Positions 39,785 to 48,814 of a DNA stretch of 64,000 nucleotides are shown one piece after another (positions within the stretch are counted from its first letter, which is position 1; every line of letters starts with the position of its first letter). Source of the stretch: Bdellovibrionota bacterium. Lineage in GTDB: Bacteria > Bdellovibrionota_C > UBA2361 > CALJRW01. The stretch is from contig JBGSMD010000016.1 in NCBI GenBank assembly GCA_041740355.1, positions 32,001-96,000 of the forward strand, in the 5' to 3' direction. The position numbers and the translations under genes are program-made. The notes below the pieces were generated by a model that saw only the letters and a program-made list of their open reading frames with translations, had not been told where the DNA came from and did no database searches.

Positions 39785-40015
39785 ATGTCTAGAAAATGTA
39801 GCTTAACAGGTAAAGGTGGACAATTTGGTCATCGCGTTAGTCATGCCAAAAATCGCACTAAACACGTATTTAAAGTAAATCTTCAAAATAAGAAAATCTT
39901 TGTTCCGTCACTAGGCAAGACAGTTAAATTAAGTCTTTCTGCCCATGCCTTAAGAATTATTGACAAACTTGGAGCTGACGCAGCTTTCAAAAAGTACGGC
40001 TTAGAAGTTAAATAA
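39785..40015 (+). CDS. rpmB: 50S ribosomal protein L28
   Basis: MSRKCSLTGK..GHRVSHAKNRTK..F.VNLQ. Confidence 0.97.
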   Translation: MSRKCSLTGKGGQFGHRVSHAKNRTKHVFKVNLQNKKIFVPSLGKTVKLSLSAHALRIIDKLGADAAFKKYGLEVK

Positions 40016-40112
40016 TTTATTTAATTCTATTATTAAATTAAGATCCCAAGCATACGCTTTCTGTAAATTTAGGTTTTCAGGAACGTTTGTTTTTGGGTTT
40101 TTTTGTATAAAT

Positions 40113-40142
40113 TTCCTGTAATCCAAGATTGAATTACAGGAA
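40113..40142. terminator. inverted repeat, probable terminator between convergent rpmB and zinc-ribbon genes
   Basis: ttcctgtaat-ccaagattga-attacaggaa 10-bp stem; a second GU-rich hairpin with a T tract lies at ~40043-40104. Confidence 0.5.
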
Positions 40143-40180
40143 CTGCTAGACCAGTATTGAGGTCAAACTAATCGGTATTT

Positions 40181-40516
40181 TTAATGAATCATTCCCTTGC
40201 GCGAAGCATTCAGTCGCTCTGTATCTAGTAGTACATCTCGTAAATCTGAGAAAAGTGGCTCTCCTGTTTTTTGATGGTCCGTTGTAACAGCTGAACGCAA
40301 TTCACTCTGATCAATGATTCCCAGATGTTGATTATTAGGAATAAATATTTCATCACAGTTCTTGCATTGTAAGACAACAACAATGCCTTCATAGGTAACC
40401 TTGGTGTGTTCTGTCGCAAAAAAACTCTCATCTGAGCCATCGCAATTGCAACATGGACATGTAACTTCTTCCACGTATGTTTCTGCTAATCCTTTAAGTC
40501 TAAAACGTAGTGCCAT
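40181..40516 (-). CDS. small zinc-ribbon protein
   Basis: CPCC..CKNC motifs; GAGG RBS upstream. Confidence 0.75.
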   Translation of the reverse strand: MALRFRLKGLAETYVEEVTCPCCNCDGSDESFFATEHTKVTYEGIVVVLQCKNCDEIFIPNNQHLGIIDQSELRSAVTTDHQKTGEPLFSDLRDVLLDTERLNASRKGMIH

Positions 40517-40783
40517 AAAAACCTCGTAAGTTTATTTATTAAGATTAAAACCTCTTTATCCTGCTACAACCGATAAAACCATTTGTTCTAAGACTAACAA
40601 TCGACCTAGATGCCGAAATACTTTAGATGTTTTTGTTGCAACTAAGATTAAAGGAGCTAAGTTTAAGGCAATATGCCCCTAAATTTTAATAAATTGAGAT
40701 TTTAGATCGTTGAATTCCTTATTTTCAAGCAATTGTAGAGTAGATTAGTAGGTAACGTTATCCTAGGTTAAGCGAACATAATC

Positions 40784-41338
40784 TTAAAAGTTACAAGCCT
40801 CTGTCGTTCTCGCTCTAAGGCCTGCCTCATCTAAAATTTCTTCCCCATCTCTAGTCCAAGAAAATACAGCATTTCTTGTGGGAAATTCATCCGTACAAAT
40901 CAAAACTTGACTGTACCAGGCAAGAATTGTGGGAGAAGGACACGGCATTACTCTACACCTAATAAGTGCTTTTTGAATCCAAATAAAGAATTTAATTTTA
41001 TGTTTTTCGTAGCTATATTGAAGATTTGAATCAATTGAAACTAAGCTCATTCCTGCTGGGTTAATTCCACTCTCTTCATATCCAGTAGAACCTTCTTGAA
41101 CTATAAAATTTAATAGCTCTCCCGAAGTTTGTGGATCAGGAAGTTGATCAAAAATAAGAGTGGCGGTAGTTTTCATATTACGCATTGCTACCTGCATCTC
41201 GACCCGTTTAGCATCATTACGGAATTCAGCGAAGTTAGCCATTGAAACAGCTGCTAAAATCCCTAAAATACTTGTTGTCACAAGTAGTTCGATCAGCGAG
41301 AAACCAGAAGTTTTTTCTAAAAAATTAACATTAAACAT
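40784..41338 (-). CDS. type IV pilin / pseudopilin (prepilin N-methylation domain)
   Basis: G|FSLIELLVTTSILGILAAVSMANF class III signal peptide; C-terminal cysteines. Confidence 0.88.
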   Translation of the reverse strand: MFNVNFLEKTSGFSLIELLVTTSILGILAAVSMANFAEFRNDAKRVEMQVAMRNMKTTATLIFDQLPDPQTSGELLNFIVQEGSTGYEESGINPAGMSLVSIDSNLQYSYEKHKIKFFIWIQKALIRCRVMPCPSPTILAWYSQVLICTDEFPTRNAVFSWTRDGEEILDEAGLRARTTEACNF

Positions 41339-41550
41339 TTGCTTGTAGTCTGAATTGATTATGCTCCATTGGAACGCGATTAATGCTTAGCTAATAAATA
41401 AACTATCGACTACAAACTCAAGAATATTAAGAAAAATGTTAAACTTTTAATTTAATAAGGGATTAAAAAGGTAATTTAGGAAGGTCCGCCACCCTTATTT
41501 TTTGAAATTCAAATCTTGGACCGTCTTTCACGCCGGCTATTGTGGACATT

Positions 41551-41698
41551 TATAGAAAGTCCAAAAAGTAATTTACGTAAGGAAATTACTTTTTGGGGCT
41601 TTCTATCCCCCACAAGCGTTATAAAATCATACGGTTATGACAAAAAAACAAATTGATCTATTAAATTTTTACGTAATTTATTTTTTGTCATCACTATA
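41551..41698 (+). repeat. TATAGT repeat family, full copy
   Basis: tatagaaagtccaaaaagtaattt..aaattactttttggggctttctat, linker, module B ending ttttttgtcatcactata. Confidence 0.88.
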
Positions 41699-41852
41699 TT
41701 AATGTTTTAAGAGTTAAAAGCGATGATAATAGTGAAATTATTTTAAAGTCGCTTTTTACTCTACAAGGTAGATTATTGATCTGGTACAAATACATGTGTT
41801 TTCTGAATATAATCTATCGGCAGATTCCTCTTGAATTGATTAAACCTACAGA

Positions 41853-42281
41853 CTATTTATGTAGTGACGTCCAAAGATTTGCTTTCGTTGATAATTTTTC
41901 TTCGTCAAGAATTAGTTGTAATCCTTGGTTATTACGGAGGTTGATGTAAATTGGAGCTCTTAAATTTACGGTGGCATCTTTAAGGCTATCCTTAATAACA
42001 ATCAAAGTTAAAATTAAAAATGGATCTTTTTTCTGTAAATCAATTAGTTCGCTCAGAGCTGATTGATAAGGATATTTAAACTCAAGTTTTTGCCCGTCAA
42101 CAACAACAAAAGCTAGATCTGGATCGTCCAAAGACTGCAACCATGAAAAAGGTGCTTGATATTCGATTACAGTGAAATAATGATTTTTAGGAAATCCAAC
42201 TATTCCTTGAGGGAAATCCAAAACTTTTTCCTCAGATATTTCTAGTTCACCAAATCTGCTTGTTAAAATCTTCCTAGTCAT
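41853..42281 (-). CDS. fliW: flagellar assembly factor / CsrA antagonist FliW
   Basis: TSRFGELEI, FPQGIVGF, WLQSLDDPDLAF, TVNLRAPIYIN motifs. Confidence 0.93.
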   Translation of the reverse strand: MTRKILTSRFGELEISEEKVLDFPQGIVGFPKNHYFTVIEYQAPFSWLQSLDDPDLAFVVVDGQKLEFKYPYQSALSELIDLQKKDPFLILTLIVIKDSLKDATVNLRAPIYINLRNNQGLQLILDEEKLSTKANLWTSLHK

Positions 42282-42284
42282 TAA

Positions 42285-42554
42285 TTAATCTTCTTTCTTC
42301 TTTGTTGGATCTAACTTCTGATAATACTCACTTACTTGCTTAATTAAATCCTGACCAGCAGAAGCACTTGCTGAATTAGCAGCAGATAAATTTTCCTTTT
42401 GAATTTGGGCATAGATTTCCTGACGATATACTTTTACCGTTCGTGGAGCTTCAATTCCAATTCGTACTTGGCCACCACGTTGTTCTAACAATGTTACAAC
42501 AATTTCTTCGCCAATGACCAGACTTTCTCCAATTTTGCGGGATAGAATTAACAA
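42285..42554 (-). CDS. csrA: carbon storage regulator CsrA (C-terminally extended, FliW-binding type)
   Basis: MLILSRKIGESLVIG..VRIGIEAP..V.RQEIY..IQKENLSA. Confidence 0.95.
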   Translation of the reverse strand: MLILSRKIGESLVIGEEIVVTLLEQRGGQVRIGIEAPRTVKVYRQEIYAQIQKENLSAANSASASAGQDLIKQVSEYYQKLDPTKKKED

Positions 42555-42589
42555 TTTAACTTAAATTTCAAAGTTTGCTCGACTTATTG

Positions 42590-42664
42590 TATAGTAAGTC
42601 CAAAAAGGAATGTCCCAAGTAACTTACATTTAGGAACTTACTATCCCTGAGTGGAATAACTATA
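42590..42664 (+). repeat. TATAGT repeat family, module A with collapsed remainder
   Basis: tatagtaagtccaaaaaggaat...cttactatccc...ataactata. Confidence 0.75.
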
Positions 42665-42703
42665 TAGTTCGCTGACATTTTTTGAAATACTAAAAATAAA
42701 CTT

Positions 42704-43600
42704 ATGTACCGTAAATTTTTTGAAGAACTTCAAGCTAGTATCTGCCAGAAATTAACTTTGATTGATGGTAGTAAAGATTTTATAACTGATAATTGGAGTC
42801 GTCCCACTGGCAGTAATATTGAAGATGGAGGTGGGATCACTCGAGTACTCGAGAAAGGTCAGATCTTTGAAAAGGCTGGTGTAAATTTTAGTGAAGTTCG
42901 AGGTAAGCTCCCACCCTCCATGTCTAAGGTACTAACAGGACATATTGAACCCCAAGAATACTGGGCAATGGGAGTTTCCTTGGTGATTCACCCCTATTCC
43001 CCACTTGTTCCAACTACTCATGCCAATCTCAGATACTTACAGGTTGGTGAATTTCAGTGGTTTGGAGGAGGCATGGATCTAACTCCTTATTATCTCTTCC
43101 CAGAAGACTGTAAACATTTTCATACGACACTAAAAAATGCTTGTGATAAGTTTAATCCCGAATGTTATGCCAAGTACAAAGAAAACTGCGATACCTATTT
43201 TTACCTACCACACCGCCAAGAAACTCGCGGTATTGGGGGGCTTTTTTTTGATTATTTAGGAAAAGGAGAAGATAATATACATGAAAAATATTTTCCTTTA
43301 CTTGAATTATTAGCCCCAGCATTAATGCAAGCTTATTTACCGATAGTAGAAAAACGTCAAGACTTAAGTTTTACTCCAGAGCAAAAACATTTTCAGTTAC
43401 TTCGTCGCGGTCGCTATGCCGAGTTTAATTTAGCATTTGATCGGGGAACTAAGTTTGGACTGGAAACTGGTGGGCGTACAGAGTCAATTTTAATGTCCTT
43501 ACCACCTGAAGTAATTTGGGAATATAACTACTTGCCAGTACCTGGTAGTCCTGAAGAGGAATTAATTAATACCCTGAAGTCTCCGAGGGATTGGATCTAA
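42704..43600 (+). CDS. hemF: oxygen-dependent coproporphyrinogen III oxidase
   Basis: FEKAGVNFS, SLVIHP..PTTHANLR, WFGGGMDLTP, RGIGGLFFD, RRGRYAEFNL..DRGTKFGL, SILMSLPP. Confidence 0.97.
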   Translation: MYRKFFEELQASICQKLTLIDGSKDFITDNWSRPTGSNIEDGGGITRVLEKGQIFEKAGVNFSEVRGKLPPSMSKVLTGHIEPQEYWAMGVSLVIHPYSPLVPTTHANLRYLQVGEFQWFGGGMDLTPYYLFPEDCKHFHTTLKNACDKFNPECYAKYKENCDTYFYLPHRQETRGIGGLFFDYLGKGEDNIHEKYFPLLELLAPALMQAYLPIVEKRQDLSFTPEQKHFQLLRRGRYAEFNLAFDRGTKFGLETGGRTESILMSLPPEVIWEYNYLPVPGSPEEELINTLKSPRDWI

Positions 43601-43673
43601 TTCTCCCCTTTTGGGATGCAAAAGAGTAAGACTATTAACTGCAACCATGCTGGGCATCCCAAAAGGGGAGAAT
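43600..43673. repeat. perfect 20-bp inverted repeat with 34-nt loop
   Basis: attctccccttttgggatgc (43600-43619) / gcatcccaaaaggggagaat (43654-43673). Confidence 0.9.
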
Positions 43674-43722
43674 GAATATTTCTTATTTACAAAGCGGATC
43701 ATAGCCTTTATCATTAAAACTT

Positions 43723-44340
43723 ATGAGTGATGTAAGTCCACGGAAACCGTCTTTTATTGATTTTAGTCCTCGACAAAGGATCATGGCTGCGGCCTTGAAG
43801 CTTTTTGTAGAACAAGGTTATTTCAATACCAATGTACCTGACCTAAGTCGTGAATCAAAATGTAGTGTTGGTTCAATTTATCATAGCTTTAAAAACAAAG
43901 AAGAGGTTGCCCGAGCCCTTTATGAAGAAGCTCTTAGTGCTTTTCGAGGAGCACTGGCTAATTCCATCCATGATATTGATGATACTGAAGAAATAGTAAA
44001 AACACTTGTTAAATCTTTACTTTCTTTTTCCCAAATTAATGTGCAACTTTCCAAGTACATCTGGCTTTGTCGTCATGATGAATTTATGACCGGAATGATT
44101 AAGCATCCAACAAGAGTTGGCCACGATCAGCTGGGAAGAAAAGTTGCCAAGTCGATTAAAATTGCCATGCGCAATAAAGAGATTAGAGTCCTTAAAGCAA
44201 ATATTGTCTGGTCAATTGTTTTTGGTATCCCACTAAGTTATGTGCGAGACTGGTTAGACGGTTATAATAACGAACCTCCAAATCAGGTTGCGGATCAGTT
44301 GGCTGAAGTTTGTTGGCAAGCATTAAAAGTGAAAGAGTAG
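43723..44340 (+). CDS. TetR/AcrR family transcriptional regulator
   Basis: RQRIMAAALKLFVEQGY..T..SVGSIYHSFKNKEE HTH. Confidence 0.93.
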   Translation: MSDVSPRKPSFIDFSPRQRIMAAALKLFVEQGYFNTNVPDLSRESKCSVGSIYHSFKNKEEVARALYEEALSAFRGALANSIHDIDDTEEIVKTLVKSLLSFSQINVQLSKYIWLCRHDEFMTGMIKHPTRVGHDQLGRKVAKSIKIAMRNKEIRVLKANIVWSIVFGIPLSYVRDWLDGYNNEPPNQVADQLAEVCWQALKVKE

Positions 44341-44344
44341 CCGC

Positions 44345-44462
44345 TTAGCCTTTGGCGTATCTCGAAAGAAAAAATCTGGTAAAATACTCGCGGTACAGCC
44401 AGTACAACTGCGTTTTTACCAAATTTTTTAATTCGACCTTCGTTCAAACTCGAAACGGTTAA
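44345..44462 (+). repeat. RPE-like palindromic repeat, copy b
   Basis: Nested arms tcgaa/ttcga and ggtaaaa/ttttacc around the core ctcgcggtac-agcca-gtacaactgcg; homologous to 14899-15010. Confidence 0.75.
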
Positions 44463-44497
44463 GATCGCGTTTCAGCCTTTCGTCGAAGGCTTAAAAC

Positions 44498-44932
44498 TTA
44501 TTGCTTACGGTCTGCTAATGCCTGTTTCAAATTTTCCCAAGCAAGCAAGGCACATTTTTGACGCCCTGGTATTTTAGCAACGCCAGCTAGAATCTTTGCA
44601 TCGCCTAACAGGGAAAGTTCCGTCTCTGATAAATCTTGCTTCAAGATCATTCTTTCAAAAAGTTCAATTAACTTAGCACAATGATCTAAGTTGGAATTTA
44701 AATTTAAGCTACAAAGTATCGCGGATGAAGCTTTGCTGATAGCACAACCTTGTCCTTGAAATTTAATACAGTTAATCTTTTGATCGGAGATTGTTCCCTT
44801 AATGCTAATTCGATCTCCGCACAAGGGGTTCAGTAATTCTTGGGTAAAATCAGGTGATTCAATCTCGCCTTGATAACTTTGATCGCTCGCGTATTCAATC
44901 AGCAATTCTGAGTAGAAATCATTTAATTCCAT
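44498..44932 (-). CDS. sufU: SUF system NifU/SufU Fe-S assembly protein
   Basis: NPLCGD, FQGQGCAISKAS, RQKCALLAW motifs. Confidence 0.9.
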   Translation of the reverse strand: MELNDFYSELLIEYASDQSYQGEIESPDFTQELLNPLCGDRISIKGTISDQKINCIKFQGQGCAISKASSAILCSLNLNSNLDHCAKLIELFERMILKQDLSETELSLLGDAKILAGVAKIPGRQKCALLAWENLKQALADRKQ

Positions 44933-44995
44933 GTTTATTTAATCAAAGTAAGGTTTATCAGGACTAGCTAATTATATGTTTGATTGATCAATTAA

Positions 44996-45982
44996 TCAAA
45001 CCAATGTTCCTGTGGTTAGGGAAGAAATAAATTGATCTAATTCTTTAGATGAATACGTAATATCAGAACGTTTAAAATTAATATCCTGAGCTTTACTAGC
45101 TAGTAATAAGGCTGAAATTTTATCACCAAATTGATAATAGATTTTAGCTAAAAGTTTCAATTCCCTAGAACTCATCCAAGCAGAGTTTTGAGCTGCTTGA
45201 GTTGCTAACTGTAAGGCAAACCTAAGATTATCTTCTTGTTCGTCTGAACTTTCTAAATATGCTATAGCTATAAGTGATAAGGTCCTCGGATAATCTGGTA
45301 CAATCTGAAGTGCTTGATGCAGATATTCTCTTGCTAAATTACACTTACCATCCTTAATCAAAATTTTTGCCAATAAATGTTTTGCGGAAATTGGCGCATC
45401 GGAACGATTTGCAATCTCTTGTAAATCAGAGCTACTACGATATTCACCTTTGAGATAATCAATAATTAACAAACAGATTTTATGGGCGCTTTTGAATTCT
45501 TCGGGAACATCTTGCAGGTTTCTAAGTAAATTCTCACATTCTTCAATTACAAATTTAGGCGGTTCAGCTTCTAACATTGAAGAAACATAAATGTGCATTA
45601 GTTGAAAGTCAGTTCCAAAATGTTGCACCGCGGCACGCAATAGCCACATCGCTTCTTGGTCATTACCGATCCAACTGTAAATATAAGAAAGTCTTAAGTA
45701 AGCTTGTTTAGAATTTGGTACTGATTTTAAGACGGAATTTAGGGTATTAATTGCCGGAGTAAACTCGCCGAGCTTGAAGTAACAATAAGCTAAGTCCATC
45801 ATGGCACAATGTCTAGCTTGATGTTTTGGATACTCTTTTAGGCCTTCTTCGTATAATTCTGCGGCCTGTTTGTATCTACTATTTGCATAAGCCTCCGCTG
45901 CTTTAATCCAAGTTAAGCAAGGTAAACCTCCCCAGGTATTAGACCATTGATAAGATTTTTGGAGTAAATTGAGGAATTTCAT
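44996..45982 (-). CDS. tetratricopeptide repeat protein
   Basis: Multiple TPR-like helix pairs (AAELYEEGLKEYP, LAYCYFKLGEF, AREYLHQALQIVPD). Confidence 0.85.
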   Translation of the reverse strand: MKFLNLLQKSYQWSNTWGGLPCLTWIKAAEAYANSRYKQAAELYEEGLKEYPKHQARHCAMMDLAYCYFKLGEFTPAINTLNSVLKSVPNSKQAYLRLSYIYSWIGNDQEAMWLLRAAVQHFGTDFQLMHIYVSSMLEAEPPKFVIEECENLLRNLQDVPEEFKSAHKICLLIIDYLKGEYRSSSDLQEIANRSDAPISAKHLLAKILIKDGKCNLAREYLHQALQIVPDYPRTLSLIAIAYLESSDEQEDNLRFALQLATQAAQNSAWMSSRELKLLAKIYYQFGDKISALLLASKAQDINFKRSDITYSSKELDQFISSLTTGTLV

Positions 45983-46088
45983 TAAATACAGCTCGATAAT
46001 ATTCGATTATAGAATAGTTATCATCTGTGTTAGCTCTTCTGCTTCTATTCCAAAGAAAATATCTTAAGCCATCAGGGAATAGCAAAGA

Positions 46089-46233
46089 TATAGTAAGTCC
46101 AAAAAGCAATTTCCGTTCGGAATTACTTTTTGGGACTACTATCCCCCGAAGTAATAATAGAATCATATAGTTATGACAAAACACACAAAACTAACTTTTA
46201 AACATTTGGAAATTACTTTTTGTCATAACTATA
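46089..46233 (+). repeat. TATAGT repeat family, full copy
   Basis: Module A, cccccgaag linker, module B tatagttatgacaaaa..tttttgtcataactata. Confidence 0.9.
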
Positions 46234-46472
46234 CTTTAACAAAAGGCACAAACTTTAAGAGCTAGTTGTTCCTTAGCGAAAATCACAAGGATTATTGTCC
46301 AGTAGTGTAAGGCTTAGAGCTTCTTTAGATCGCTAATATTAAGTAATACAGGTACCCCCAAGTTACTTTCTAAATTGAGCCCATAAATGGGATTTAAATA
46401 ATTAAAAAGTTACAAGAATACTTAGGGGAATTTTCCGTTAAGTTCTTTAAATGTATCACTTTTGGTTAAGTG

Positions 46473-47633
46473 CTAAATTACTCGCACCTTTAATATTCCG
46501 GGGACTTCGGCAAGCTTTGTAACTAAATCAAGGCTAATTTGGGCATCAGTATCAGCAATAGTACAAGCATAATCTCCTCGTGATTTGTTAATCATATCCA
46601 CAATGTTAAATCCAGCTGAACCAAGTTTCCCTGAAATTTCAGCCAGCATATTCGGGATATTTCGATTAATAATTACTAAGCGACAACCGGAGGCAATTGG
46701 TGGTAATTCAATCTCTGGCAAATTCACAGAATTAGATATGTTTCCGGTTTCTAAATAATCTTTAACCTGCTTACAAACCATAGTGGCACAGTTTTCTTCT
46801 GCCTCTGCTGTGCTGGCGCCTAAATGCGGAAAAGATAGAACGGCGGATTGACCCTGTAAGGCAGTTTGTGGAAAATCACAACAATAGTACTTAATTTTTC
46901 CTTCCTTAATCCCTAAAAGAATTGCTTCCGAATCAACGATTCCCGCGCGTGAGAAATTTAGTATAGTAACACCTTTTTTCACTTGTAAAACTTGCTCCTT
47001 GGAAAACAAGCCTTTAGTAGCTGGAATTAATGGTACATGAAAAGAAACATAATCAGCTTCGGCATAAAGTTGGGCTAAATTATTAGCGCGACTGGCATGA
47101 GCTGACAGACGCCATGCATTTTGGATAGTAATTGCTGGATCATACCCAATAACTTTCATTCCAAGTTCTAATGCAGTGTTAGCAAGCATTACACCAATTG
47201 CTCCCAGTCCAACGATTCCCAAAGTCTTACCGGCAATCTCCATCCCGGCAAAATTTTTCTTCTGGGCTTCAGTTTCCTGATCGATTTCTTCGTCAGTTCC
47301 TTTTAATGTCTTAACGAAATCATTGGCGGGAAAAAGATTCCGTGCGGAAATTAACATTGCGGAAAGAACTAACTCCTTAACGGCATTAGCATTTGCCCCT
47401 GGCGTATTAAAAACAACAATCCCTTTCTCGGACAATTTATCAATTGGAATATTATTAACTCCCGCACCAGCTCGGCCAACAGCGAGTAAATTTGATTCAA
47501 AATTGTACTCATGTAAATTTTGCGAACGAAGTAAAATTGCATCGGGATTAACCTGTGCTTCGACGTTATAGTCAACTAACTGACTTAAGCCAGTTTTAGA
47601 GATATTATTTAAAACTAAAATATTTTTATTCAT
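46473..47633 (-). CDS. serA: D-3-phosphoglycerate dehydrogenase with ACT domain
   Basis: RAGAGVNNI, NTPGANANAV, GIVGLGAIG, NFSRA, PHLGAST.EA, C-terminal ACT domain. Confidence 0.93.
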   Translation of the reverse strand: MNKNILVLNNISKTGLSQLVDYNVEAQVNPDAILLRSQNLHEYNFESNLLAVGRAGAGVNNIPIDKLSEKGIVVFNTPGANANAVKELVLSAMLISARNLFPANDFVKTLKGTDEEIDQETEAQKKNFAGMEIAGKTLGIVGLGAIGVMLANTALELGMKVIGYDPAITIQNAWRLSAHASRANNLAQLYAEADYVSFHVPLIPATKGLFSKEQVLQVKKGVTILNFSRAGIVDSEAILLGIKEGKIKYYCCDFPQTALQGQSAVLSFPHLGASTAEAEENCATMVCKQVKDYLETGNISNSVNLPEIELPPIASGCRLVIINRNIPNMLAEISGKLGSAGFNIVDMINKSRGDYACTIADTDAQISLDLVTKLAEVPGILKVRVI

Positions 47634-47731
47634 GATACATTAAATTTTTTTAAAAACTTCCAAATCCCTCGTATGTCATTGTAATGTGGATCAAATTTTA
47701 TTTCATCCAAATCACTGATGAATTATGCGGG

Positions 47732-48814
47732 TTAAGCGCAATTCTTTTCAAAGTCTTTCATGAAGTTAACCAGTGCTTCCACACCAGCATAAGGCATTGC
47801 ATTATAAATACTTGCTCTCATTCCACCAACAGAACGATGACCCTGCAAGTTCAACAAGTCACTATCTTTAGCTAATTCTAGAAATTTATTTTCTAAGGAA
47901 GTATCAGCAATTAGAAATGGAACGTTCATTTCCGATCGAAATTCTTTTTGAACGGGATTAGAATAAAAAGAGCTTTGATCAATAAAGTCATAAAGCAAGT
48001 TCGCTTTCTTTTGATTATTAGCAATTAGTTGATCGAAACTTTGAGTTTTAATCCACTTCAAGACCTCACCCATCACGTAAATACTAAAACATGGTGGCGT
48101 GTTATAACAACTATCCGCTTCTGCATGTGTTTGGTAATTTAGGAAAACTGGTAATTCTTGATTTGCCGTAGCTAGTAAATCTTTCCGAATAATTACCAAT
48201 GTCACACCTGCAGGCCCGAGGTTTTTTTGAGCACCAGCATAAACCATCGCAAACTGATTGATATCAAATTTTCTAGAAAGAATATCTGAGGACATGTCTG
48301 CAATTAGCGGAGCTTTAGAATTAGGGAATGATTTAAACTGTAAACCACCAATAGTTTCATTAGATGCTAAATGCAAGTAACTAGCATTCTCTGATAAAGT
48401 CCAAGTTGAGGTGTCTGGTAAATTTAAATAGTTACTAGCTTTCCCATCTGCTACAACATTAACTTCACCAATTCTTTTTGCTTCTTCCACAGCTTTCTTA
48501 GACCACTGTCCAGTGATGGCATAATCAGCAACAGCTCCTGACTTTAGAAAATTAAGCGGGATATTTGTAAATTGAGCAGAAGCCCCACCCTGCAAAAACA
48601 GAATTTGGTATTTGTCATCGATTGATAAAAGCTCACGCAATAAAGATTCCGTTTGCTTGATAATTGATTGAAACTCAGCGCCACGATGACTGAGTTCCAT
48701 CACAGAACAACCGGAAGATCCCCAGTTCAGCATCTCAGCTTGAACTTTAACTAATACTTCTTCTGGCAACTGACTTGGACCAGGACTAAAATTATATTTT
48801 CTTTGGTAATTCAT
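47732..48814 (-). CDS. serC: phosphoserine aminotransferase
   Basis: NFSPGPSQLP, SVMELSHR, NETIGG, DMSSD, GAQKNLGPAG, GHRSVGGMRASIYNA. Confidence 0.97.
   Translation of the reverse strand: MNYQRKYNFSPGPSQLPEEVLVKVQAEMLNWGSSGCSVMELSHRGAEFQSIIKQTESLLRELLSIDDKYQILFLQGGASAQFTNIPLNFLKSGAVADYAITGQWSKKAVEEAKRIGEVNVVADGKASNYLNLPDTSTWTLSENASYLHLASNETIGGLQFKSFPNSKAPLIADMSSDILSRKFDINQFAMVYAGAQKNLGPAGVTLVIIRKDLLATANQELPVFLNYQTHAEADSCYNTPPCFSIYVMGEVLKWIKTQSFDQLIANNQKKANLLYDFIDQSSFYSNPVQKEFRSEMNVPFLIADTSLENKFLELAKDSDLLNLQGHRSVGGMRASIYNAMPYAGVEALVNFMKDFEKNCA

Noticed and set aside
45939-46184. 81-aa ORF upstream of the TPR gene
   Set aside because: Starts inside the TATAGT repeat and overlaps the TPR gene out of frame; repeat-derived artefact.
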